From the IMG/VR virus record IMGVR_UViG_3300008116_000011, positions 32,001-96,000 of that record: 64,000 nt of DNA; one strand, 5' to 3'. The notes beneath the pieces were generated by a model. The model saw only the letters and a program-made list of their open reading frames with translations. It was not told the DNA's origin and ran no database searches. A program made the translations under genes and the position numbers. Shown one piece after another: positions 1 through 9,647 of the stretch. This DNA comes from a virus. The stretch's first letter is position 1. Each line of letters starts with the position of its first letter.

Positions 1-1222
1 ATGATGACTGAGATCGCAGACGGATAAATCCACTGCGATCTAAAGCAACAGCATATCTACGTTTATTTCCAGCTACTACAAGATTAGGATCATTTTCTTC
101 TTTTACATCAAATGTAAATCCTCTATATGTTATATTACCTACATTATTTCCATTATCTAACAAACCTTTTATCTCCTCAGGTGTTAAATTTTCATCTAAT
201 GCTTTATCAATAACATCACTAATAGGTAGTAATCTAGATTCTTGGTATATAACTTCTGATATCAGATCGTCTAGTGCTGAGCGGGTTGTACCTAGTAGGA
301 TAGTAATAGAGTCTATAGTTAAAATAGTATTAACTATTTTTTGGACAGTTAATGGTGTTGTAGGGAATTGAACAGTAGCTATTAATATTTTAGCTGCTAA
401 AGATAAAATAGTAAGAAATATTTCTAAAGTTTTAACTATATCTCTAATATTTTCTATTTGTCTTTTAGCTTTACCTAATTCAGCTAAAGCAGCATCTCTT
501 GTAATTCTTGCTTTTAAAACATCTTGTTTAGTTTGAATTGATAAAATTTGATCATTTACCTTATCAACCAATTCAGATAACTGTTGAACTGTTTTAGCTA
601 ATCGCTGAACTTCTCTATTTAGTAGTTTTGCTATTATAAATAAAGCAGCGGCTTTAGCTACTGCTTTAACAGCTGCTTTTCTTTTTTTAAGTTCAATTAA
701 TACTTCATTTAATTTAATTTTTTTAGTTCTTATCTTAACTTTAAGTTTACTTGTTTTTTTAGCTATATCGGCTTGTTTTTTTAAAGTTATTCCTGAAAGT
801 GCTATTCCTAATTGTTGTAATATAAGTCTTATTTGGGTGTCAATTCCCGTTAATGCTTTAGTAGTTTTTTGAACTTCTGCTTCTGCTTTTTTTATAGCAG
901 CTTCAGCTACTTTAGTAACACCTTTTGCTTTATCTGCTAATTCTTGCTTTATTTTTTGAGGATCTATTCCTGGTTGGTTTATGCGATTAGCATATTCTTG
1001 AGGGTTAGGGGCAAAAGAAGCAGCTGTTTTTAAAGCGGTAGCAGGATCTAAACTAAGATTACCTAAAATACTAGAAAAAGAAACAGCTTGAGATAATGCT
1101 ACTTTAGACTGCTCAAATGAAGCAATAGCAATATCATATTGTCTCTTAGTATCTTCATACAATGCTTGAGAGTCCTCTAATGTTTTTTTAAGCAATTCTA
1201 TTCTTTCGTTTGTCTTAGGCAT
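1..1222 (-). CDS. Long coiled-coil protein, probably virion-associated (truncated by window edge; missing from ORF track)
   Basis: ATG at 1222 overlaps the upstream TAA (TAATG); frame MPKTNERIELLKKTLEDSQALYE... appears open to position 1; Ala/Lys/Leu-rich helical pattern. Confidence 0.7.
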   Translation of the reverse strand, partial: MPKTNERIELLKKTLEDSQALYEDTKRQYDIAIASFEQSKVALSQAVSFSSILGNLSLDPATALKTAASFAPNPQEYANRINQPGIDPQKIKQELADKAKGVTKVAEAAIKKAEAEVQKTTKALTGIDTQIRLILQQLGIALSGITLKKQADIAKKTSKLKVKIRTKKIKLNEVLIELKKRKAAVKAVAKAAALFIIAKLLNREVQRLAKTVQQLSELVDKVNDQILSIQTKQDVLKARITRDAALAELGKAKRQIENIRDIVKTLEIFLTILSLAAKILIATVQFPTTPLTVQKIVNTILTIDSITILLGTTRSALDDLISEVIYQESRLLPISDVIDKALDENLTPEEIKGLLDNGNNVGNITYRGFTFDVKEENDPNLVVAGNKRRYAVALDRSGFIRLRSQSS

Positions 1223-2430
1223 TATACAGTAAATGTTGTTTTAGAAAGTAATTTATCAGTATCTAAATCTTTACTAACAGAAGTTATACCTTTCTGTAAA
1301 GCTTCAGATCCTACTGCTATAGACGTAAGAGTTATACCTTCAGGAGTTGCTTTTGCATCTGATATGGCTGTGCAAAAATTACTTAGTGCTTGTAAAAGGT
1401 TACTAAGAAAAGTTTCTAAATTATTTCCTAGTACAAGCGGTTGAGTTGTTGTATTATTAGATGAAGGACCTAAAAATATACTATTATTTTGCAGTGCAAT
1501 TCCCACTTCATCACTTTGCATATAAACAGGACCTTGAGAATATAATTCTACTCCTGTTCTACCAAATACTAATACTTCATCCCATTTAGCCGAAATAACA
1601 GTTCTATCTGCATTTAAAATTGCTTGAGAACCATTATAGTCTCGTATAGATATGGGAGATGTTATATTGCTTAATCTAACATTTCCTATATTTAAAGGAA
1701 TAGACTGTTTAGAAGTTAAATAAAGTGAAGATCCATCCCAATTAATATCTTCAACAAACATATCTGATCCTGAAATTTTAAAATTATGTTCATTAGATAA
1801 AATAACAATAGGGTTATTTTCTAGTTCATTTGGATTTGTAGACCAAGGACTTAAGTCTTTACTCCCCAATTTATTTGTACTTCCAAAACGAATAGAATTT
1901 CCAAATCTACCCTCTATAATATTATCTCCTGCAAATGGTTGAACCCCTCTAAAGTCATCATTTTGAGTAAATGATCGATAATCTTCAAGCAATTGTTTAT
2001 TTTCATCTATAAATAAACCATTAAATTGAGGACTATTCCAAGCATTAATTGGAGACAAATAATACGTTTCAAATGCTTTATTAGTAATAGGAGATGGGGC
2101 TGCAGGGAGTTGAAATAATAAAACAACTTCACCTGGTAAGGGAAAATATTTTTGATAAGGTAATAAAGGCAAAGCAGTAGTTAATGATGCTATCTTATCA
2201 TCAGTTAAACTAGCCAAATCAATTTCAGATTCAGGATTATAAGTATCAAAACATATAGTTCCAATACCACTCCACCCACCATTATCTTCCCATACTTTTT
2301 TAGGTACATTCCCCGGATTAAGCATAGTAGCATATACTTTTCCTACTTGATATGTTGTAGGAGGAGTATAGTTATTATATCCTGTATTAGCAGTTATTGT
2401 AGCTAAACCTTCTCTTACCCTTACACTCAT
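1222..2430 (-). CDS. Putative baseplate hub/spike (gp5-like) protein
   Basis: PLPGEVV OB-fold-like segment, GDNIIEGRFGNSIRFGS motif, beta-rich middle and QPLVLGNNL C-terminal motif as in myophage gp5-like proteins. Confidence 0.55.
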   Translation of the reverse strand: MSVRVREGLATITANTGYNNYTPPTTYQVGKVYATMLNPGNVPKKVWEDNGGWSGIGTICFDTYNPESEIDLASLTDDKIASLTTALPLLPYQKYFPLPGEVVLLFQLPAAPSPITNKAFETYYLSPINAWNSPQFNGLFIDENKQLLEDYRSFTQNDDFRGVQPFAGDNIIEGRFGNSIRFGSTNKLGSKDLSPWSTNPNELENNPIVILSNEHNFKISGSDMFVEDINWDGSSLYLTSKQSIPLNIGNVRLSNITSPISIRDYNGSQAILNADRTVISAKWDEVLVFGRTGVELYSQGPVYMQSDEVGIALQNNSIFLGPSSNNTTTQPLVLGNNLETFLSNLLQALSNFCTAISDAKATPEGITLTSIAVGSEALQKGITSVSKDLDTDKLLSKTTFTV

Positions 2431-2431
2431 A

Positions 2432-2785
2432 TTATTTGTTTATGGGTCCGTTAATGTTATCGCCAACCTCTTTAACAGCTGAAAATAATTGCTCCTTTTC
2501 AGCTTCACTTAAAATAAAACTAGCTGCTTCATCTGTGTTAGCAGACAGGGCACGTTGAACAATACCTGCTAATTTAACAAGTTGTTCATCATTTTTTACA
2601 CTAATATTAAGATGTTCAGCAATTAAAGGAACAATCATAAGAGCTGATTGGGCGTCGTTAACCAATGGTTTTAACGTCTCAATCAGCTCCCTAATTTGTT
2701 TTTCTTTATCCTTAGAGTTAGTGTATATGTCCTTAAGTAGGTCCGAAAACTTTTTACTACCCCACATTACTTGATCAAAATTCAT
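2432..2785 (-). CDS. Hypothetical phage protein
   Basis: 117 aa ORF preceded by ATATTTAT at 2802-2809. Confidence 0.7.
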   Translation of the reverse strand: MNFDQVMWGSKKFSDLLKDIYTNSKDKEKQIRELIETLKPLVNDAQSALMIVPLIAEHLNISVKNDEQLVKLAGIVQRALSANTDEAASFILSEAEKEQLFSAVKEVGDNINGPINK

Positions 2786-2824
2786 TATCTAATTTTTGAC
2801 TATAAATATAGGAACAATAAAATT

Positions 2825-3628
2825 TTATATTTTTATATAACCCTCTTGGTAATATTTATTATATAAATCAACGTATATCGACTTTAGCTTCTTAATAATC
2901 TTAGTAATTTGAGGGGTATCTACGTCAACCATTTCACGTATATAAATGTATAATGCCTTCTTGTTAAAAATATCTAATGATTCACATTTACGAAACAATT
3001 CCATTATGGCGTCGGCTGTTTTAGCATCATTTTCTTTTGGAAATAATTTACTAAGATTTTTATCAACATACCTAATATATAAACTCATAAACTCGGTAAT
3101 GCTATAATCTTGACTATAGTAACTATTAATCGTTTCTTCTTTAATTTTCTTATCGTCATCTACTTCCGCCAAATCACCTTTATCCTGTAATTTTTGGTAA
3201 TTCTTTTTGTTTTTAAGGATAAGATAACGTTTGGCTATAGTACCAAAGTATGAGTATGCTTTACCCTTATGTGGCTTATATAACTTAAGTTTCTCAAGTA
3301 AAAACGCAATTACCTCTTGTTGTACATCCTCTACCGATTCACCATCGGTATAGTAAAATTTAAACGTATGGATAATATTTTGGGTTAATTTAAAAAATCC
3401 ATACTCAATACGCTCGCGATAGACATTATTTCTAAATTCTTGGTCTTCCGAAGCAACATACTCAACAATAGCATTCTGAGTGTCTTCGGTAAAATAGGTA
3501 TTAGATGTCTTAGGTTTGCGTTTACGTGGCTTACCGGATTTAGTTAATTCAACTGTTATAGAATTATCTTCTACTAGAAGGTGGGGTTGACTGTGTGTTT
3601 CTGTTGTTTTCATTAATATTAAATTCAT
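2825..3628 (-). CDS. Phage sigma factor, T4 gp55-like (late transcription)
   Basis: YFTEDTQNAIVEY...FFKLTQNII...DVQQEVIAFLLEKL...KGKAYSYFGTIAKRYLI resembles sigma region 2 of gp55-like proteins. Confidence 0.65.
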   Translation of the reverse strand: MNLILMKTTETHSQPHLLVEDNSITVELTKSGKPRKRKPKTSNTYFTEDTQNAIVEYVASEDQEFRNNVYRERIEYGFFKLTQNIIHTFKFYYTDGESVEDVQQEVIAFLLEKLKLYKPHKGKAYSYFGTIAKRYLILKNKKNYQKLQDKGDLAEVDDDKKIKEETINSYYSQDYSITEFMSLYIRYVDKNLSKLFPKENDAKTADAIMELFRKCESLDIFNKKALYIYIREMVDVDTPQITKIIKKLKSIYVDLYNKYYQEGYIKI

Positions 3629-3890
3629 TTAGTTCTCTCTGCAATGTTTTTACACTTTCAAAGAACCAACCTATTTCATCGTCTGATTCAAATGTTCCTT
3701 TATTGTCGATATTGTCTAATTGCTGTTTAGTATAGTTTACAGTATTAGAAAATCGACGAATATATGAATCTTGTGAGTCGACAATTTTTTCTAATTTTTC
3801 AACCTTCCTAAACAAATTATAGGAAATATACCCTATAAGCAAGTTAACCAAAAATAAAATAATAGATAAAGTTACCATAATTAGTTCCAT
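3564..3890 (-). CDS. Membrane-anchored coiled-coil protein
   Basis: N-terminal hydrophobic helix; GTFESDDEIGWFF motif. Confidence 0.65.
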   Translation of the reverse strand: MELIMVTLSIILFLVNLLIGYISYNLFRKVEKLEKIVDSQDSYIRRFSNTVNYTKQQLDNIDNKGTFESDDEIGWFFESVKTLQRELNEFNINENNRNTQSTPPSSRR

Positions 3891-4150
3891 TCATCATTTT
3901 CAATAGAAATAGTACCACGTATGCTATCAACTATTTCTTTTATATTATCGATAGTTTTTTGAACCTCAACAGCAGGAAATGAACGATGAAGACTCATTTC
4001 TAAGGTCTTAAGTTGATTTTCAAGTTTTTCAATTTTTGAAAGTGCTTGTTGTTTATATTTCATAAATAATTTTTTTAAATCTAACAACAATATACGACCT
4101 TTCTCTAATACTACCAAGTCTCTAATGCTCCGTTTTGAGTGCTTTACCAC
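3881..4150 (-). CDS. Hypothetical protein (true start may be the internal MKYKQQ)
   Basis: ORF track; helical. Confidence 0.55.
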   Translation of the reverse strand: MVKHSKRSIRDLVVLEKGRILLLDLKKLFMKYKQQALSKIEKLENQLKTLEMSLHRSFPAVEVQKTIDNIKEIVDSIRGTISIENDEWN

Positions 4151-4220
4151 TCACTCCTCAATAAATACGTATATACAACATTCTTAGCTAGAGAGAAAGC
4201 CTAAAAGGCTTTTACGCGTT

Positions 4221-4496
4221 TTAGGCTTGTTTACGAGATGCTTTAGCCATCTCTTTAAGGTCAATTTTCTTTACAGGATAAGAAAATGATTTATTATTAA
4301 TCAAAGTATCGAGCATACCAATTTCTTGTGGACTATCAGTAGCAAATATAGTTTTATCTTCAGATTTATTACTACCAGGAACATCAAGAAAATTAGTAGT
4401 ATCTAAACCCAATTTAGGATCCATTTGTCCTAAAAGTTTATTCATGTAATTAATAAACGCTGCTTTATCTCTGTCGCGCAATAGATATTCTGCCAT
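4221..4496 (-). CDS. Hypothetical protein (start MAEYLL)
   Basis: ATG at 4496 preceded by ATATTTAT at 4519-4526. Confidence 0.6.
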   Translation of the reverse strand: MAEYLLRDRDKAAFINYMNKLLGQMDPKLGLDTTNFLDVPGSNKSEDKTIFATDSPQEIGMLDTLINNKSFSYPVKKIDLKEMAKASRKQA

Positions 4497-4533
4497 GTTT
4501 GAATTTTGAGTATATATTATAAATATAGAATAG

Positions 4534-4722
4534 TTATGTGTTCTTAGTCGATTTCTTAGTTGATGATTTTTTCCCAAACTTATAATACTTAATAACATCA
4601 CCCTTAGAACCGATAATAGTATTGATATCGGGTGTACCGTGTACAGCAGCTATCTTAACAGGAATATCGGGATCAAGAGTAAAAAGATAATCGATAGTAG
4701 ATTGCATGTATATAACCATCAT
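4534..4722 (-). CDS. Hypothetical protein
   Basis: ATGA overlap with the upstream gene. Confidence 0.5.
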   Translation of the reverse strand: MMVIYMQSTIDYLFTLDPDIPVKIAAVHGTPDINTIIGSKGDVIKYYKFGKKSSTKKSTKNT

Positions 4723-5198
4723 ATAGCAGCATTATTTTCAGCGATAATACGAGTAATAATATCATCAGCAGTAGATACGGTGACTGCGAATCCTTCCTTA
4801 TTAACGCGATATCGATTAAGCTGGGAATGTATAATAGACTCGATTTGCGCGGGTGCTTTACATGGGAATGCATTAACTATAAACCACGGGGTGATAACAC
4901 CCGTACCGGAGTTAATTTCTTTAACGCGCGCTTGTGGCGTACGATCCGTATATCCTATTTTAAGTATACCCGGTTGCCCTTTATTCTCCAACACATATAT
5001 ATATCCCTCGTTAAATGACAATTGAGCCTCAAATCGTTGGCGCTTAATCCAATAATTGATAAACTCGGCTGTTGTATAATTCTCATATTGAGGACCATCG
5101 AGCGGTGTTAACGTAAATGCATCCGTATATTTAACCGACATTCCTGCTGGCCTGGGATAATAATTCTCTTTAGCTTCCTCCAACGATATTTTAATCAT
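4719..5198 (-). CDS. T5orf172/MUG113-like GIY-YIG domain protein
   Basis: GYIYVLEN...LKIGYT.RTP..RVKEIN...IESIIH...KEGF. Confidence 0.8.
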   Translation of the reverse strand: MIKISLEEAKENYYPRPAGMSVKYTDAFTLTPLDGPQYENYTTAEFINYWIKRQRFEAQLSFNEGYIYVLENKGQPGILKIGYTDRTPQARVKEINSGTGVITPWFIVNAFPCKAPAQIESIIHSQLNRYRVNKEGFAVTVSTADDIITRIIAENNAAI

Positions 5199-5485
5199 AA
5201 TATAACACCCTCCACTATTGTGTGTTCCATCAACTTATCGTCGTTTGGGTTGTCAATCTCCTCGTGAGCACCGTAATACCATTCTTTATTCACATCCAAT
5301 GCGAAATGTTTAATCGCACTTACGGGACCGGCGTCGTTAAATCCACCCTCGTACCCGGGAACAAATACGTGTAATTCTGGGTCAAGTTTACTTAGTTGTT
5401 CAATTAATTCCTTTACTTTCATATAAGGTATGTTTAATTGTGAATGTATGTATATACGCTTGGACTTCCAAAAAAGGTTGTACAA
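5195..5485 (-). CDS. Hypothetical protein (likely start MKVKELIEQL)
   Basis: MKVKELIEQLSKLDPEL...GYEGG, a common small phage protein pattern. Confidence 0.6.
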   Translation of the reverse strand: MYNLFWKSKRIYIHSQLNIPYMKVKELIEQLSKLDPELHVFVPGYEGGFNDAGPVSAIKHFALDVNKEWYYGAHEEIDNPNDDKLMEHTIVEGVIL

Positions 5486-5524
5486 AAAGAGGGTTGCAAA
5501 TTTATAACCTTATAATAAAAAGGA

Positions 5525-5680
5525 CTATAATGATTTTGCGCGTTTGTTTTTTGGCCATGTACTAGCCACGTTCCATATTAGTTGTACTATCGATGCAATG
5601 AATATAATAACACTAATTGAATATACTGTTATTACTGTTTTGTCTAGAGAGGTTAGCTCTTTTAGGATTTGGTTTTTCAT
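5525..5680 (-). CDS. 51 aa single-pass membrane protein (missing from ORF track)
   Basis: MKNQILKELTSLDKTVITVYSISVIIFIASIVQLIWNVASTWPKNKRAKSL*; ATATTTAT just upstream. Confidence 0.5.
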   Translation of the reverse strand: MKNQILKELTSLDKTVITVYSISVIIFIASIVQLIWNVASTWPKNKRAKSL

Positions 5681-5729
5681 ATGTTTACAATAAATATGAA
5701 AATTGGGTTCTCCAAATATATTTGTATAT

Positions 5730-5925
5730 ATGCGCGCCTGGGGTAAAGATTGTAGTTTATCTGTAGATACGGGGCAGCTATGCGCGCCGGCGGCGGCGCG
5801 TCGATGGACCGCTATTGCTGTGGGGTCGTTTCGCTAGCGTCTCGCCAGCGCCGCGCTAGTGATCATCTTTTTTTTGACAGGGCGAGGATCGGATAAAAAT
5901 GCCTGCTTTTTTATGGCAGGCGATT
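5730..5925. other. GC-rich non-coding element with several inverted repeats
   Basis: CGCGCCG-GCGG-CGGCGCG, TCGCTAGCG...CGCTAGTGA followed by a T-run, GCCTGC...GCAGGC; no ORF. Confidence 0.6.
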
Positions 5926-5945
5926 TCTCATGAGGATTAATATTA

Positions 5946-6206
5946 TTATCCGTTACACCGATCGATCAGGCGCTCTAGCTGAGGCAGACAATCACTCGCC
6001 GTACGCCCCTTCAATCCATAATAATGCTTCAGATCCCTTAATTTAACTTGCCTATTTTGAATGCCGCGCGCCATCAGGCTCAAATAAAATTTGTGTACCG
6101 CTAGTTGATAATGAAAATAATTGATCGAGCCGGATGAGGTAGAAACTGATGGTGTTTGAAGCTTACCTTCGGCTGCTTGTAATACTGCTTGTTCAAATGG
6201 AGTCAT
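5946..6206 (-). CDS. Hypothetical protein (start MTPFEQ)
   Basis: A-rich initiation region before ATG at 6206. Confidence 0.6.
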   Translation of the reverse strand: MTPFEQAVLQAAEGKLQTPSVSTSSGSINYFHYQLAVHKFYLSLMARGIQNRQVKLRDLKHYYGLKGRTASDCLPQLERLIDRCNG

Positions 6207-6376
6207 AACATTTAATTTTTGTGATATGAATATAATTGGGATTATTAATACGAAAAAAAGCATCGATAAAAAATTCATACAGTAAATATAATAATCATAG
6301 TTATGCTCCCAATAAAAAAGCCCCGGATGAAAATCCAGGGCGTAACCATTAAAATTAAAAGTATGAACTGTAATTA

Positions 6377-6784
6377 TCAAACGCTTGTTTGCTCGTATAA
6401 TTTAATTTGTACAGGGCCGTATGTATCAAAACACTCCCAATAATCGCCATCGAAAATATAAGTATAATCCACTCCCTTATCATTTATTATCTCACTGTAC
6501 TTATCATTTCTAGCTCCAGTATTCGGCTCGCCCCTATCCCTTCCATATGCCAAACACCACTTTTCATTATGAGTGGAGCGATCATTAAAATCCTGTTTCT
6601 CACCGATCTCCTCCCCCAATATACTCAAATCACCTAGCGCCAGCAACGCCTTTACTTTATCAATTGTCTTATAATGCTCAGTTAAAATAACTCCATTGTG
6701 AGATGGATAACCATCATAATGGCAATAAATGTAATCAACTGAGTCGTCTGTGTTTCTGATTCCAATGAAAGATCTTGTAGCCAT
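6377..6784 (-). CDS. Conserved phage protein (MATRS...YCHYDGYP type)
   Basis: Characteristic MATRSFIG and IYCHYDGYP motifs; own promoter at 6806-6837. Confidence 0.75.
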   Translation of the reverse strand: MATRSFIGIRNTDDSVDYIYCHYDGYPSHNGVILTEHYKTIDKVKALLALGDLSILGEEIGEKQDFNDRSTHNEKWCLAYGRDRGEPNTGARNDKYSEIINDKGVDYTYIFDGDYWECFDTYGPVQIKLYEQTSV

Positions 6785-7083
6785 AAATTTAATTTTTTAA
6801 TGGGATGAATATATACAAAAATATTAGGGTACAAAAATATATAACACAAAAAAACTATACCCAATCTTCTATTGATGCAAAACATTCTGCTATCACTTTA
6901 GGAGCAAAACTCATTTCTATTCCTGCACACCATCCTCTTACACCAACTAGATCAACCCACCCTTCTTCGGTAGCTAAAACTGTTACCACATCACCCTGTA
7001 AAAAAACAACATTTTCTTCTGATGCATAACCTTTAATAGCGATTAAATTTTTTCCTTTGTTCATAGCATTTAATTTTATATTA

Positions 7084-7115
7084 TAAATGTAGACAAAAAA
7101 ATATGGTTACCCAAA
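7084..7115 (-). promoter_or_regulatory. Bacteroidota sigma-A type promoter
   Basis: TTTGGGTAACCATATTTTTTTGTCTACATTTA = TTTG-N20-TAnnTTTA. Confidence 0.75.
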
Positions 7116-7613
7116 CAAAAAACATTGTTTGTCTAACATAATTCCTACATTCATCTGCTCATACCACTCAAATTCACTTAACTGCTCCTCAGGGTAGGTT
7201 GATCTAAAAGATGGCTCTTTGGGGCGTTCACCCTGTACTGGTTTGCCGAAGAAAAATTCCTTAACTGCATTAATAATTTGTTCTAATAATTCCATAACCT
7301 TTAATTTTATAATGTAAATATAAAAAAAGGGGGCAATGCCCCCTAATTTATGCTTGAGCTGAAACACCATTTTTTATTAGCTGCTCAATATAATCATCCT
7401 CACTTTCTTGCTCTTTTAATCTCATTACAACCTTAAACATTGCTAACTTAAACAATTCATCAATGTTTGGGTCTTCAATAATTGCGGAGGCAATCATGCT
7501 TGATAAATCACCGCCATTACCTTCGATTTGAACTTTAATTTGATCGTTTACCATTTCAAGTAACAAAATGTTTTTTTCGCTCATAACATAAAATTTTAAT
7601 TGTTAATAATGAT

Positions 7614-7649
7614 TAAATATAGAAAAAAAAACGGGGTTACCCCCGTTTT
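7614..7649 (-). terminator. Intrinsic terminator fused to the next promoter
   Basis: AAAACGGGG-GTAA-CCCCGTTTTTTTTT followed by TATATTTA; same hairpin at 8011-8030 and 9951-9969. Confidence 0.75.
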
Positions 7650-8239
7650 GTTTTATTTGTTTTCTTCATCCTTAAACCATTCAACCCAATTATTAACTGC
7701 ACTTTTAACTGCATTTGAAACTGAATAATCACTTATATCAACAGAATCAATTTCTACCTCTCTACCGTTCATTGATAAATCATAATCATCAAATGCATCG
7801 ATCCCTAAATCCTTAATTTCATCAACAACATTATTAACTAATTCTTTAATTTGTTGATCATTGAGTTCAAAAGACGCTCCGGTTTCAATTTTACTGATCA
7901 TGTCGATTACCTGTTCTACTGAATAAAACCCTGGTAATTGCTGTTTTAAAAGATCGATTGTTGCTTGCTTTGTCATAATTTTTAATTTTATAATGTGAAT
8001 GTAAACAATGAAACGGGGTTACCCCCGTTTTATTTTTTGGTTGTTAATAATGTTACTGCGCTGAACATTACAACGAAGAATCCGAATATGAACATCACTA
8101 GTAGAGCCTGTCTGACTGGCTCGCTAGCGCCAGCCGTCCTAGCCATACAAAAAATAACAATTGCGGTTCCTAAAGCAAATGATGTCCATGCTGACTGTCT
8201 TAATAATTTAGGTCTGTTGTCCATGTGTTTTAATTTTGA

Positions 8240-8271
8240 TAAAGATACACAACACACACACGGTTTCCAAA
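8240..8271 (-). promoter_or_regulatory. Bacteroidota-type promoter
   Basis: TTTGGAAACC-GTGTGTGTGTTGTG-TATCTTTA. Confidence 0.7.
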
Positions 8272-8291
8272 TTTATGCTGGCAATATTATT

Positions 8292-8322
8292 TTTGGAGGC
8301 CCAATTATGTTTCGTAGATTTA
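8292..8322 (+). promoter_or_regulatory. Plus-strand Bacteroidota-type promoter with no downstream ORF
   Basis: TTTGGAGGCCCAATTATGTTTCGTAGATTTA = TTTG-N19-TAnnTTTA. Confidence 0.6.
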
Positions 8323-8418
8323 CATTATCGATTTGGATAGGCGCCCCATGAAACGGGTGGAGAGATCAGAGGTAGGTTGCTTAAGATTTCTTACATACAT
8401 CCTAAAAAGCAATTGGTC

Positions 8419-8509
8419 TAAAGGTACGTACTATTAGTTGGGTCTCCAAATTTATTTTTCCCAAAATGAAATTGGTATGAAGGTACGTACGGATAATTGG
8501 GTCTCCAAT
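8419..8509 (-). promoter_or_regulatory. Tandemly duplicated promoters (59 bp period)
   Basis: TTTGGAGACCCAACTAATAGTACGTACCTTTA (8419-8450) and ATTGGAGACCCAATTATCCGTACGTACCTTCA (8478-8509). Confidence 0.7.
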
Positions 8510-8580
8510 TTTGGAGAGAAATGAGACCCAGCTCCATCAAGCTGAGTCTCTAACTGATAACCCCTAATTACCAGTTAATA

Positions 8581-8835
8581 TTAAGCTGCCTTTTCGGCAG
8601 CTGTATTTTTTGGACGACCACGTTTTACAACATCCCCGTTTGCAATTCGTTCTGCAAACATTGCGAGGCGTTGTTGACGATCACTGGTCGGGTTTGGTTT
8701 GCGACCTCTCTGAATTGACAACCCTTGCTCTGCAAGTGTCGCTTTTAAAGCCAATTTCATTTGACGAGCACTGTTTGGGTTTGACTTACGACCCCTTTGT
8801 TTTGTTTCTACTGTTTGTACTGTTGTTTCTGACAT
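8581..8835 (-). CDS. Small basic DNA-binding protein with three AT-hook-like motifs
   Basis: QRGRKSNPNSARQ, QRGRKPNPTSDRQ, KRGRPK; promoter at 8879-8910 and hairpin at about 8523-8550. Confidence 0.65.
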   Translation of the reverse strand: MSETTVQTVETKQRGRKSNPNSARQMKLALKATLAEQGLSIQRGRKPNPTSDRQQRLAMFAERIANGDVVKRGRPKNTAAEKAA

Positions 8836-8914
8836 AACCTTTGTTTTAAAATTTGTTTTAATAATTAATTTAACATGGTAAATATACGCTGGGTTCTTTT
8901 GGGTTCCAAATTTG

Positions 8915-9225
8915 CTTCAACAAAAAGAAAAAAAAAACAAAAAAACATATATACAAAATATTTCGAAGTGTTTTAGTTGTGTCGCAATGCATTTTTGCAT
9001 ACAACAAAAAAACCACAATACCCATTACCTCGCCTCATTCCACCTACTATAGCGCCTTAACACAAAAAAAATCAATGATATACCTATGTTTTGATATACT
9101 TATATGTTGTTTTCTACACTTTATTTAACAACAAAAACAAAAAAACATACGTAAATTCGTTAAGTTTCTCGCGCAAAAAACCATTATCTCTCGTTAGTCA
9201 ATATAGTGTGTAACAAAAAAAAGCA
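8915..9225. repeat. Non-coding array of (CAA)CAAAAAAA A-tracts
   Basis: A-tracts starting near 8921, 9005, 9063, 9132, 9174 and 9214, all on the same strand; no ORF. Confidence 0.55.
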
Positions 9226-9240
9226 CACGGTAACTCAGTT

Positions 9241-9630
9241 TTACTTATCAATAGCCACCCTCATATAGTCACCCTCTTTTGATAACACCACTACATCACC
9301 ATCACGTATCAACCTACGTTTACGTTTCGGTACTAACTTAAGTGCACGTTCGTATTTGTTTTTCAACTCGTACATATCCGCTTCACCATTCGCTATGATC
9401 GAATCTAGTTTTGCTTTTTCAAACAAAAAATCTAATTCCCTATTCGTCAACGTACGTTTCAATTCGGTTATCTGTCTCGTCGTATAGGCGAGTCGTTGCT
9501 CCATTACCGCACACTGTTCTAATCTACGCGTTAATCGTGTTAGTGCCTCCCTCGTTATATATACCTTTTGAGCGTATATATTGCCTGTTATTACTAGTCC
9601 TGTTGTTAGTAACAAAAATATTTTATTCAT
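9241..9630 (-). CDS. Signal-peptide coiled-coil protein
   Basis: MNKIFLLLTTGLVITGNIYAQ Bacteroidota-like signal peptide (AQ junction). Confidence 0.6.
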   Translation of the reverse strand: MNKIFLLLTTGLVITGNIYAQKVYITREALTRLTRRLEQCAVMEQRLAYTTRQITELKRTLTNRELDFLFEKAKLDSIIANGEADMYELKNKYERALKLVPKRKRRLIRDGDVVVLSKEGDYMRVAIDK

Positions 9631-9647
9631 TATTCGCTGGGTTATTA

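Larger units (their letters stand above)
6855..8224 (-). other. Array of five small early-type ORFs (6855-7064, 7107-7370, 7348-7584, 7653-7976, 8030-8224), each with its own promoter
   Basis: ORF track plus repeated 32 bp promoter or terminator-promoter units at 7084, 7315, 7614, 7996 and 8240. Confidence 0.7.

Noticed and set aside
8915-9225. Mini CRISPR array
   Set aside because: Units are low-complexity A-tracts with irregular spacing, not identical repeats
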